Origin: an uncultured Prevotellaceae bacterium
GTDB taxonomy: Bacteria > Bacteroidota > Bacteroidia > Bacteroidales > Bacteroidaceae
Assembly: GCA_946541745.1 (NCBI GenBank)
Contig: CAMNJY010000001.1
Coordinates: 1 to 62,085, forward strand
Reading direction: 5' to 3'
DNA length: 62,085 nt
Below the pieces are notes generated by a model. That model was given only the letters and a program-made list of their open reading frames with translations. It did not search any database and was not told where the DNA came from. This document shows, piece after piece, positions 7,491 through 15,500 of the stretch. The number at the start of each line of letters is the position of its first letter. Within the stretch, counting starts at the first letter, position 1. A program made the position numbers and the translations under genes.

Positions 7491-10400
7491 TTAGAAGTTC
7501 AGGTTCAGGCCCACCTGGAAGGTCAGCGGACGGGGGTACATGTTGTTGTCGATGCCACCGTAGACCTCGGGGTCGATGCCCTTGTACTTGGTGATGGTGA
7601 ACACGTTGGTAGCCGAGGCGTAGATGCGGCCTGCGAGGCCGTCGTAGCTGCCGCCCTTGAAGAGGTTCTCGAAGGAGTAGCCCAGCGTGATGTTGTCGCA
7701 CTTCAGGAACGAGGCGTTGTGTACGAAGTAGTCAGAGAGGGCGTGGTCGTAGGTCGACCAGTTGCGCTCCACGGCGCCGGGAATGACGTTCTGCAGGTAG
7801 CCGTATGACGAGTCGTAGCGCTTGGCGACGTTGGAGTAGCCTGCCTCCTTGTCCCAGAACACGTAGTTGTCGAAGTTGGCGCGCAGACCGATGCCGAGGT
7901 CCCAGTTCTTATACTGCAGGCGCGAGCTCAGGCCGGCGGTGTAGGGGGCGTCGGGACTCTTGTAGAAGTAGCGGTCGGAGTCGTTGATGGTGCCGTCGCC
8001 GTTGCGGTCCACGTAGACGCCCTCCAGTGGCAGGCCGTTCTGGTCGTACACCTGCTGGTAGACGTAGAACGAGTTGTGGGGATAGCCTACGGAGTGGGCC
8101 TGGCACTGGTTGCCGGTGCCCGACGATATGCCGCCGGTCATGACCAGCGACGACTCGCCGGTGAGCTCGGTGATTTCGTTCTTGTTATAGGTGAAGTTGG
8201 CAGTCACTTCCCACTGCCAGTTCTCCGACTGCACGGGGCGCACGGTGAGGGCTGCCTCGATACCCCTGTTTTCGAGCGAGCCGATGTTGGAGCGCACCAT
8301 GTTGCGGAAGTTGGAGCCGGCCGACACCGAGGCGTCGTTGATAAGGTCGGTGGTCTTGCGGTAGTAGTAGTCCACGCTACCGGTGATGCGGTTGTTGAAC
8401 AGTCCGAAGTCGAGACCGATGTTCGACGTGGTGGTGGTCTCCCACTTCAGGTCCTGGTTGTAGGCATCGGGGCGGTAGAGCAGTCCCTCGTCGTTGACGC
8501 CGTTGATGGGGTAGCGGCCGTCCACGTTGGTGGTGTTGACGTTGTAGGTGGCAAAGTAGTTGTAGTCGCCGATGCCGTCCTGCTGTCCGGTCTTACCCCA
8601 ACCGAGTCGCAGCTTCAGCTCGCTGAGCCACTTGGCGCCCTTCATGAAGGGTTCCTCGTTGATTTTCCATCCTAAGGCTACCGAGGGGAAGGTGGCCCAG
8701 TGCTCCTTGAAGCGGCTGGAACCGTCGCGGCGCACGGTGGCGGTCAGCATGTAGCGGTCGAAGGCGATGTAGTTGGCACGTCCGAAGAAGCTCACCAGAT
8801 AGCTCTCCGACTTCCAGATGCTGGTCTTGGCGTTGTAGGCCTTGCCGGCCGCGGGGGTGGTGGTGCCGTCGTCGTAGGTGATGACCTGCTGGGTGGTCAG
8901 TGGGTAGAGGCCGGCGTAGTAGGAGTCGCCCTCATACTTGGTGTGGCTCCACTCGTAGCCGCCCATGATGTCGAAGTGCTGGGTCTTGAGGAAGTCCTTG
9001 TAGTACTGTGCGTAGGCCGAGAAGGTCATGTTGTACTTCTTCTCGTAGCTGTAGCCGCTGTTGCCGTAGTAGAAGTTTGACGGGCCCCAGTTGGCATAGT
9101 CGGTCTTCTGCCGGCCGTTGGCCCAGTCGCCGCTGGCGTTGGCATGCAGGCGCAGGTCTTCGAAGCCGTGTATCTGGTAGTCCGCCTCCACGTTGCCCAT
9201 GTAGTCGTAGGAGTTGGCGCGGTCGTTCTTCTCCATCAGGCGCGACATGGGGTTGGCCACGGTGTTGCGGTCCCACATGCTGGGGTAGGTGGGGTCTGAG
9301 AGCGACGCGCTGCTGTTGGTCCACTGCCAGAAGCCGTGGTAGTTCTTATACTTTTGGTCGGTCGAGTAGACGGGCTGGGTGGGGTCCATGCGTGTGGCGT
9401 CGCCGATGGCGTCGCCGTTGGCATAGCGGTTGTGCGAGTACATGAACTTACCGTTGATGTTAAACTTCAGGTGGTCCTGCAGCAGCGAGGGGTTCAGCGT
9501 CACCGAGGCGGTGGCACGCTGGAAGTTGGAGGTCTTCAGAATACCGTTCTGGTCGGTGTAGCCTACCGAGAAGCGGTAGGGCATGTGCTTCAGGCCGCCC
9601 TGCACGGTGACGTTGTGGTCTGACGAGACGGCAGCGTGGAAGATTTCGTCCTGCCAGTCGGTGTTCTCACTGCCTAAGAGGGCAGCGGCGTCCGACTCGG
9701 CTCCGTAGTACGACTTGATGAAGGCGCGGTACTCATCGCCGTCGAGCACGTCGAGCGTCTTCTTCTTCACCGAATAGCTGACGTTGCCGTTGTACGACAC
9801 CTTGGGGGCCTGGCCCTGGCGGCCTTTCTTGGTGGTGATGATGATGACGCCGTTGGAGCCGCGGCTACCATAGATGGCCGTGGCCGAGGCGTCCTTCAGC
9901 ACGGTAAACGACTCGATGTCGTTGGGGTTGACCATCGACAGCGGGTTGGCCGCGCCCTTCACGCCCTGATTGTCCATAGCCAGTCCGTCGATGACTATCA
10001 GCGGGTCGTTGGAGGCGTTCAGCGACGAACCGCCGCGAATGCGGATGGTGGCGCCGCCGCCGGGGGTGCCGCCGCCGGTGGTGACGTTCACACCGGCAAT
10101 CTTACCCTGGATCATGTCCTGGGCGTTGGTCACCAGACCGTGGTTCTTCTCGTCGGGCTTGATGGCCGTAACGCTACCGGTCAGGTCGTTCTTCTTGGCC
10201 ACGCCGTAGCCGATGACCACCACGTCGTTCAACAGGGTGGCGTCGTCCTGTAGCGTGATTTCCAGTGTCGGCGCGGCCGTCACGGTGGCCGTCTGGTAGC
10301 CCACAAAGCTCACCTGGATGGTGGCGCCCTGGTTGGCCTTCAAGGTGAAAACACCATTGAAGTCGGTGACGGTGGCCGTCTGCGTGCCGGCCACACGGAC

Positions 10401-10544
10401 CGTAGCACCGATGACGTCCTCGCCACTGGCATCTTTCACGTGGCCCTTTACAGTGATTTGTGCAAAGGCGCCTACCGACAGGAACAGGCCCACCAAGAGA
10501 GCCAGCATCCTGAACGGAATTTTCATGTTTACCTGCTTCATCAT
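7491..10544 (-). CDS. susC: SusC/RagA TonB-dependent transporter
   Basis: CarboxypepD_reg-like N-terminal domain, VVVIGYG, IRIRGGSSLNASNDPLIVIDG, LKDASATAIYGSRGSNGVIIITTK, C-terminal F. Confidence 0.97.
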   Translation of the reverse strand: MMKQVNMKIPFRMLALLVGLFLSVGAFAQITVKGHVKDASGEDVIGATVRVAGTQTATVTDFNGVFTLKANQGATIQVSFVGYQTATVTAAPTLEITLQDDATLLNDVVVIGYGVAKKNDLTGSVTAIKPDEKNHGLVTNAQDMIQGKIAGVNVTTGGGTPGGGATIRIRGGSSLNASNDPLIVIDGLAMDNQGVKGAANPLSMVNPNDIESFTVLKDASATAIYGSRGSNGVIIITTKKGRQGQAPKVSYNGNVSYSVKKKTLDVLDGDEYRAFIKSYYGAESDAAALLGSENTDWQDEIFHAAVSSDHNVTVQGGLKHMPYRFSVGYTDQNGILKTSNFQRATASVTLNPSLLQDHLKFNINGKFMYSHNRYANGDAIGDATRMDPTQPVYSTDQKYKNYHGFWQWTNSSASLSDPTYPSMWDRNTVANPMSRLMEKNDRANSYDYMGNVEADYQIHGFEDLRLHANASGDWANGRQKTDYANWGPSNFYYGNSGYSYEKKYNMTFSAYAQYYKDFLKTQHFDIMGGYEWSHTKYEGDSYYAGLYPLTTQQVITYDDGTTTPAAGKAYNAKTSIWKSESYLVSFFGRANYIAFDRYMLTATVRRDGSSRFKEHWATFPSVALGWKINEEPFMKGAKWLSELKLRLGWGKTGQQDGIGDYNYFATYNVNTTNVDGRYPINGVNDEGLLYRPDAYNQDLKWETTTTSNIGLDFGLFNNRITGSVDYYYRKTTDLINDASVSAGSNFRNMVRSNIGSLENRGIEAALTVRPVQSENWQWEVTANFTYNKNEITELTGESSLVMTGGISSGTGNQCQAHSVGYPHNSFYVYQQVYDQNGLPLEGVYVDRNGDGTINDSDRYFYKSPDAPYTAGLSSRLQYKNWDLGIGLRANFDNYVFWDKEAGYSNVAKRYDSSYGYLQNVIPGAVERNWSTYDHALSDYFVHNASFLKCDNITLGYSFENLFKGGSYDGLAGRIYASATNVFTITKYKGIDPEVYGGIDNNMYPRPLTFQVGLNLNF

Positions 10545-10592
10545 TTCATTTAATTAGTTATTAATCGGGTAGTTTTTAGTCATTTTCGGCTG

Positions 10593-10600
10593 CAAAGTTA
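10593..10600 (-). promoter_or_regulatory. -7 promoter box (TAACTTTG) for susC
   Basis: TAnnTTTG consensus about 50 nt upstream of the start. An identical box on the + strand at 10724-10731 serves lacI. Confidence 0.6.
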
Positions 10601-10654
10601 GTTTTCTTTTGTTTTCATTGTACTTTTTTTGGAACAAATTCGTTATTAAGTTGG

Positions 10655-10668
10655 TGCAAACGTTTGCA
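10655..10668. promoter_or_regulatory. Putative LacI-family operator TGCAAACGTTTGCA
   Basis: Perfect 14-bp palindrome with the central CG typical of LacI/GalR operators, located between the divergent susC and lacI promoters. Confidence 0.75.
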
Positions 10669-10746
10669 TGGTCGTAATTTGACTTTACGACATGGCGTTA
10701 GAGCAACCAGCCATTTATTTTCCTAACTTTGCAAAAGTAAAACTAA

Positions 10747-11781
10747 ATGCCGGACATGAAAGAGAGCGCACCCATGACAATGAAGGATATAGCCCGCGAG
10801 CTGGGCATATCGGTGGCCACCGTGTCGCGGGCCCTGAAAGACTCGCCCCGCATCAGCGAGGAGCGGCGCAAGGCCATTCAGCAGTATGCCCGCGAGCATA
10901 ACTTCTATCCCAACGTCATCGGCGAGGCCCTGCGCCACTCGCGGGTCATGCCTTCCAGGGTGGTCGGCGTCATCGTGCCTGAGTTCACCCACTACTACTT
11001 CTCGAGCATACTGACCGGCATAGAAGAGGCCGCCATGGCCCGCGGCTACTACATCATGGTGGCCCTGTCGAACGAGCAGTATGAGCGAGAGGCGCGCATC
11101 TGCGAGATGTTCCACCGCCAGAAGGTGTGCGGCGTCATCGTCTCGCAGGCCAAGGACACCAAGCAGTATGACCACTTCCAGAAGCTGATAGACTCGAACA
11201 TACCCATCGTCTTCTATGACCGTATATGTACGGGCGTGAACGCCAGCCGCGTGGTGGTGGACGACTATATGGGTGCCTACAACGCCGTGGGCTACCTCAT
11301 TGATACCGGCTGCCGCCGCATAGCCTTCTACGGCTCGCCCATGCAGCTGGAGATATCCAAGAACCGCTTCAACGGCTACAAGGACGCCCTGCTGAAACAC
11401 GGGCTGACCTACGACGAGCACCTGACGCGCATCTGCGACAACCGCCAGGACGCTGAGCTGATCACTCCCGACCTCTTCGACGGCGACTACTACCCCGACG
11501 CCTTCTTTGCCGTGAACGACGACACGGCCATCGGCATTCTCTACACCGTGAAGCGCATGGGGCTCCGCGTGCCAGAGGACATCAGCATCTGCGGCTTCAC
11601 CAACGGTCAGAGGGCCGTGGCCTGCGACCCCATGCTGACCACCGTCGAGCAGCGCGGCAAGCGCGTCGGCGAGGAGGCCGCCGAGATTCTCATCGACAAG
11701 GTGGAGGGTCACTCGCCCATGGACAGGGTCGAGAAGCGCATCGTGCGCACCCGCCTCATCATCCGCGGCACTACCCGGTAA
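10747..11781 (+). CDS. LacI-family transcriptional regulator
   Basis: TMKDIARELGISVATVSRAL HTH followed by a periplasmic-binding-protein-like effector domain (RVPEDISICGF, LTTVEQ). Confidence 0.96.
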   Translation: MPDMKESAPMTMKDIARELGISVATVSRALKDSPRISEERRKAIQQYAREHNFYPNVIGEALRHSRVMPSRVVGVIVPEFTHYYFSSILTGIEEAAMARGYYIMVALSNEQYEREARICEMFHRQKVCGVIVSQAKDTKQYDHFQKLIDSNIPIVFYDRICTGVNASRVVVDDYMGAYNAVGYLIDTGCRRIAFYGSPMQLEISKNRFNGYKDALLKHGLTYDEHLTRICDNRQDAELITPDLFDGDYYPDAFFAVNDDTAIGILYTVKRMGLRVPEDISICGFTNGQRAVACDPMLTTVEQRGKRVGEEAAEILIDKVEGHSPMDRVEKRIVRTRLIIRGTTR

Positions 11782-11880
11782 TGAATAATTAATAATAATG
11801 TATAATGCATTATTGGGATGAAGACAAGAGAAGAGAATATAGTTGTAAACAAAAGCTATATTAATTACGCATTGAAAAAT

Positions 11881-13182
11881 ATGAAACAGAAACCGAATTT
11901 ATCGTTTTGGAAGCTCTGGAATCTGAGCTTCGGGTTCTTTGGCGTACAGATAGCCTACGCCCTGCAAAGTGCCAACATCTCGCGAATCTTCCGCACCCTC
12001 GGTGCCGACCCCCATTCGCTGAGCTTCTTCTGGATACTGCCCCCGCTGATGGGCATCATTGTGCAACCGATTGTCGGCACCCTCAGCGACCGCACGTGGA
12101 CCCGCTTCGGGCGGCGCATACCTTACTTGTTTATAGGCGCCGCTATGGCCGTGGCCGTCATGTGCCTGCTGCCCAATGCCGGCAGCTTCGGTATGGCCGT
12201 CGGCACGGCCCTCGTCTTCGGCCTCATCGCCCTGATGCTGCTCGACACCAGCATCAACATGGCCATGCAGCCGTTCAAGATGCTGGTGGGCGACATGGTC
12301 AACGAGGAGCAGAAGGCCAAGGCCTACAGCATCCAGTCGTTCCTGTGCAACGCCGGCTCGGTGGTAGGGTTCCTCTTCCCCTTCTTCTTCACCTTCATCG
12401 GCATCAGCAACGTGGCTCCCGAGGGCGTTGTTCCCGACTCGGTCATCTGGTCGTTCTATTGCGGTGCCGCCATCCTCATCCTCTGCGTGCTCTACACCGT
12501 GGCCAAGGTGCGCGAGTGGCCGCCGAAGGAGTACGAGGCCTACAACCCCGTGTCGGCAGAGAAGGAGGAGAACGCCAACTGGCTGACGCTGCTGCGCAAT
12601 GCGCCCTCCACGTTCTGGCGCGTGGGCCTGGTGCAGTTCTTCTGCTGGGCAGGCATGCTCTACATGTGGACTTACGTCGTTGATGCCGTCTCGGAGACCG
12701 TCTGGGGCACCATCGACCCCACCACCACCGCCTATCAGGAGGCCGCCAACTGGACGGGCGTGCTCTATGCCATCCAGGCTTTGGGCTCCGTTGTCTGGGC
12801 AGCGGCGCTGACGCGGTTCAGGAATGCCAAGATAGCCTATAGCCTCAGTCTCGTCCTCGGTAGCTTAGGGTTCCTGCTGATACCCTTCTGTGCCGACAAG
12901 TACCTCCAGATAGTCCCCTTCCTGCTCGTAGGCTGCGGCTGGGCGGCCATGCTCGCCATGCCCTTCACCTTTGTTACCAACGCCCTGCAGGGCTACGGCC
13001 ACATGGGGGCCTATTTAGGACTGTTCAACGGCACCATCTGCATACCCCAGATTGTGGCTGCCGTCTGTGGCGGCACCATCCTGTCGCTCGTGGGCAGTCA
13101 CCAGTCGTCGATGATGCTTGTGGCCGGCGTTCTCTTCATCATAGCCTCGGTCTGCGTCTTCGCCATCAAGTCTCACAGGTAA
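11881..13182 (+). CDS. MFS sugar transporter (maltose/sucrose SLC45-like)
   Basis: KPNLSFWKLWNLSFGFFGVQ, SDRTWTRFGRRIPY, GAYLGLFN..ICIPQI and multiple TM segments. Start reassigned to ATG 11881. Confidence 0.92.
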   Translation: MKQKPNLSFWKLWNLSFGFFGVQIAYALQSANISRIFRTLGADPHSLSFFWILPPLMGIIVQPIVGTLSDRTWTRFGRRIPYLFIGAAMAVAVMCLLPNAGSFGMAVGTALVFGLIALMLLDTSINMAMQPFKMLVGDMVNEEQKAKAYSIQSFLCNAGSVVGFLFPFFFTFIGISNVAPEGVVPDSVIWSFYCGAAILILCVLYTVAKVREWPPKEYEAYNPVSAEKEENANWLTLLRNAPSTFWRVGLVQFFCWAGMLYMWTYVVDAVSETVWGTIDPTTTAYQEAANWTGVLYAIQALGSVVWAAALTRFRNAKIAYSLSLVLGSLGFLLIPFCADKYLQIVPFLLVGCGWAAMLAMPFTFVTNALQGYGHMGAYLGLFNGTICIPQIVAAVCGGTILSLVGSHQSSMMLVAGVLFIIASVCVFAIKSHR

Positions 13183-13274
13183 CGCTCCATTGTTGACATA
13201 CCCGGGCACCTGGCCGTGGCGACACGTAGGGAGGCTGTGTGCGCGGGTACGGCAAGGCGGAAATCTCGCGTCCT

Positions 13275-13421
13275 TCGCGTGCCTCGAATACTGTGTTCCT
13301 GCTACGGCCAGTGGCAGCATAGGCTCGAGGTACTCGAGGCACGCGAGTTTTTTGTCTCACTTTCATAGGATAGAAACAGGGCGATGAGACAAATAGAAAA
13401 GTGATGAGACAAATAGAAAAG
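13275..13421. repeat. 17-bp inverted repeat plus 21-bp tandem duplication
   Basis: TCGCGTGCCTCGAATAC (13275) and GTACTCGAGGCACGCGA (13330) are 16/17 complementary. GATGAGACAAATAGAAAAG occurs twice from 13383. Confidence 0.75.
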
Positions 13422-13460
13422 CCATAGGGGCGTGGTGAGGGGAGATGGGCATGAGGTTGG

Positions 13461-13545
13461 CAAAAGTGACTCCCTTTTTCAAAAAAGGGACTCCCTTTTG
13501 GACGAAAGGGACTCCCTTTTGAAAAATCCAGGCCTTGGATTTTTC
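13461..13545. repeat. Dispersed element copy 1: three AAAGGGACTCCCTTT-type palindromes at 21-bp period plus a GAAAAATCCA-GGCCT-TGGATTTTTC hairpin
   Basis: GACTC centres at 13468, 13489 and 13510; an inverted copy lies at 37149-37230. Confidence 0.9.
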
Positions 13546-13601
13546 CGTACTGTGCGGTTTTAAATCTGTCTGATAGTCTTTATACAAATCACTTCGCCCG
13601 G

Positions 13602-15473
13602 CTACTTGAAGAAGCGGTTCAGGCGCTTGATGGCGGCGTCAAACTCGCGCGGGTTGATGTGGTAGTTGTCCACGGGGTTCAGGCTCGAGTCGGTCACCTC
13701 TATATAGCCCGCTCCCTCCTTGGTCAGTATGGTGTCGCCCTCCACTATGAAAGCGTAGCGCAGCTCGTTGCCGGCGTAGTGCCAGCGGCGGGGCGTGGTG
13801 TCGCTCAGCAGGTAGCCGTTGGAGTAGTCGTCCACGGGGTTGGTCACCCCTAAGTAGTTGTGCATCAACGTGGGCACGAAGTCCAGGTGGGTGGTGCGGT
13901 GAGTGAAGGGGCCCTTTTTGGTGAAGGGTGAAGGGTGAAGGGTGAAGGGTGAAGGGTGAAGGGAGGTGGGTGACGGGGTATGTACGATGAGGGGCACGCC
14001 TATCTGGTATTTGGTGAAGTTGGAGTTGTGGCCCCAGTAGTTCTTGTGGTTCTCGTTGTACTCCTGGGCGTGGTCGCCGGTGATGAACACGAGCGTCGAG
14101 TCGTATAGCCCCTCCCGCTTCAGTGCCTCAATGACGTCGTTGACCATCCGGTCGGTCTGGTAGGCCGAGTTGCGGTAGAGGTTCCAGAAGGGTGTGGGGT
14201 CCATGTCGTTGTGCAGCTTGGCAAAGTCGCCAAACTCCCACGACGGCTGGAAGCGCTGCAGCAGTTCGCGGGGCAGGCTGTAGGCGTGGAGCAGGTCGAA
14301 GAAGATGAAGGCAAAGAACGGCCGCCCGCCGTCGCGTAGCCGCGGCAGGTCGGCTATGAGGTCGGCCTTGATGTTGAGGTCGCGCTCGTACGACGTCTTG
14401 CCCTCGGTCTCCACCCTCAGGTTAGGCACGTGCTGAAACAGCATGCGGCTGAAGGGCGGGTTCTCGAGCGTGGCACTGGGGTACGTGCGCACGTCGTACC
14501 CTAAGCTGAGCAGCTGGTCGGTCAGTACGGGGCTGGTGCGGTTGGCCTCAAAGGCCGACCAGTAGTAGGGCTGCAGGCCGGTGAAGATGCCGAACACCGA
14601 GAACGACGTGCCGTTGCCGCAGCTGACGTGGTTCTGGTACCACTGCTCCTCGTGAGCCAGCTGCCACAGGTGGGGCATGGTCTCCGCGGTCAGCGCGCGG
14701 CGGCTCCACGAGTCGATGAGTATCATGACGATGTTGGGCCGTGTGGCCCGTGCCGTGTCCGTCACGATGGGGTGTAGGGGGTAGCACAGTTCGCCGCCGC
14801 CCTCCTCGGGCAGCTGCTGCACGTTGCGCTCCATGCCCATGCTTTCCAGGAGGCTGCTGGCCGACAGGGGGAAGTAGTAGGGCACCAGGCGCGCACTCTT
14901 GATGACCGACGGCCGCACCACGAACGAGCCATAAACGTGGATGGCGTTGGCCACTGCCAGCGTGGCGGCCAGTGTGGCTACCGCCGTCAGCGTGTGCCGC
15001 CGCCGCCATGCCCCGGTCAGCCGTCCGCAGAGCCTCCATCCGCCGACCGACAAGGCCAGGATGACGGCCAGCAGAAGCCCTTCGGTCATGTAGAGCTTGG
15101 TGTCGAAATCGAAGATGTCGCCCGCATTGGGGCCTGTCAGCATGTTCAGGATGAAGCCGTTCAGGTGGAACCTGTAAATCTTGTACACCTGCATGTTGAC
15201 AAAAGCCAGCATGGCTGTCAGGCTGGTGGCCGTCACTATGAGCGTGGCCGCCGTGCGCCGCAGCTTCAGCAGCGCCCACGGCAGGAAAAAGATTAGCCAC
15301 AGGGCCAGCATGACGACGGCGGCATGCGACAGGCACGACGTCAGGTAGAACACCCACCCCCAGCCGTCCATCGACGCTGTCACCGTGTCGCCTGCAATGT
15401 AGCAGGCCAGCAGGAGACCCGTCACCAGCGTGCCGAACAGGTAGTATAGAAATCCTTGCTTTATCAGTTTCAT
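13602..15473 (-). CDS. DUF3413 plus sulfatase-fold inner-membrane protein (YejM/PbgA-like)
   Basis: N-terminal TM helices with VY..YRFHLNG, then PNIVMILIDSW, H.S.GN.T..FG.F.GL, ITGDH.QE.NE...NYWGH.SNF...Q..VP, T.H.D.VPTLM. Confidence 0.85.
   Translation of the reverse strand: MKLIKQGFLYYLFGTLVTGLLLACYIAGDTVTASMDGWGWVFYLTSCLSHAAVVMLALWLIFFLPWALLKLRRTAATLIVTATSLTAMLAFVNMQVYKIYRFHLNGFILNMLTGPNAGDIFDFDTKLYMTEGLLLAVILALSVGGWRLCGRLTGAWRRRHTLTAVATLAATLAVANAIHVYGSFVVRPSVIKSARLVPYYFPLSASSLLESMGMERNVQQLPEEGGGELCYPLHPIVTDTARATRPNIVMILIDSWSRRALTAETMPHLWQLAHEEQWYQNHVSCGNGTSFSVFGIFTGLQPYYWSAFEANRTSPVLTDQLLSLGYDVRTYPSATLENPPFSRMLFQHVPNLRVETEGKTSYERDLNIKADLIADLPRLRDGGRPFFAFIFFDLLHAYSLPRELLQRFQPSWEFGDFAKLHNDMDPTPFWNLYRNSAYQTDRMVNDVIEALKREGLYDSTLVFITGDHAQEYNENHKNYWGHNSNFTKYQIGVPLIVHTPSPTSLHPSPFTLHPSPFTKKGPFTHRTTHLDFVPTLMHNYLGVTNPVDDYSNGYLLSDTTPRRWHYAGNELRYAFIVEGDTILTKEGAGYIEVTDSSLNPVDNYHINPREFDAAIKRLNRFFK
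13920..13963. repeat. In-frame heptamer repeat (GGTGAAG)6 inside the YejM-like gene
   Basis: Translates as LHPSPFTLHPSPFT; 6 x 7 = 42 nt keeps the frame. Confidence 0.9.
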
Positions 15474-15500
15474 GGCTACAACGTGGCGCTGGGGCTACTG

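Noticed and set aside
13383..13545. Possible CRISPR array
   Set aside because: The units abut at a ~21-bp period with no unique 30-40-bp spacers, and there are no cas genes.
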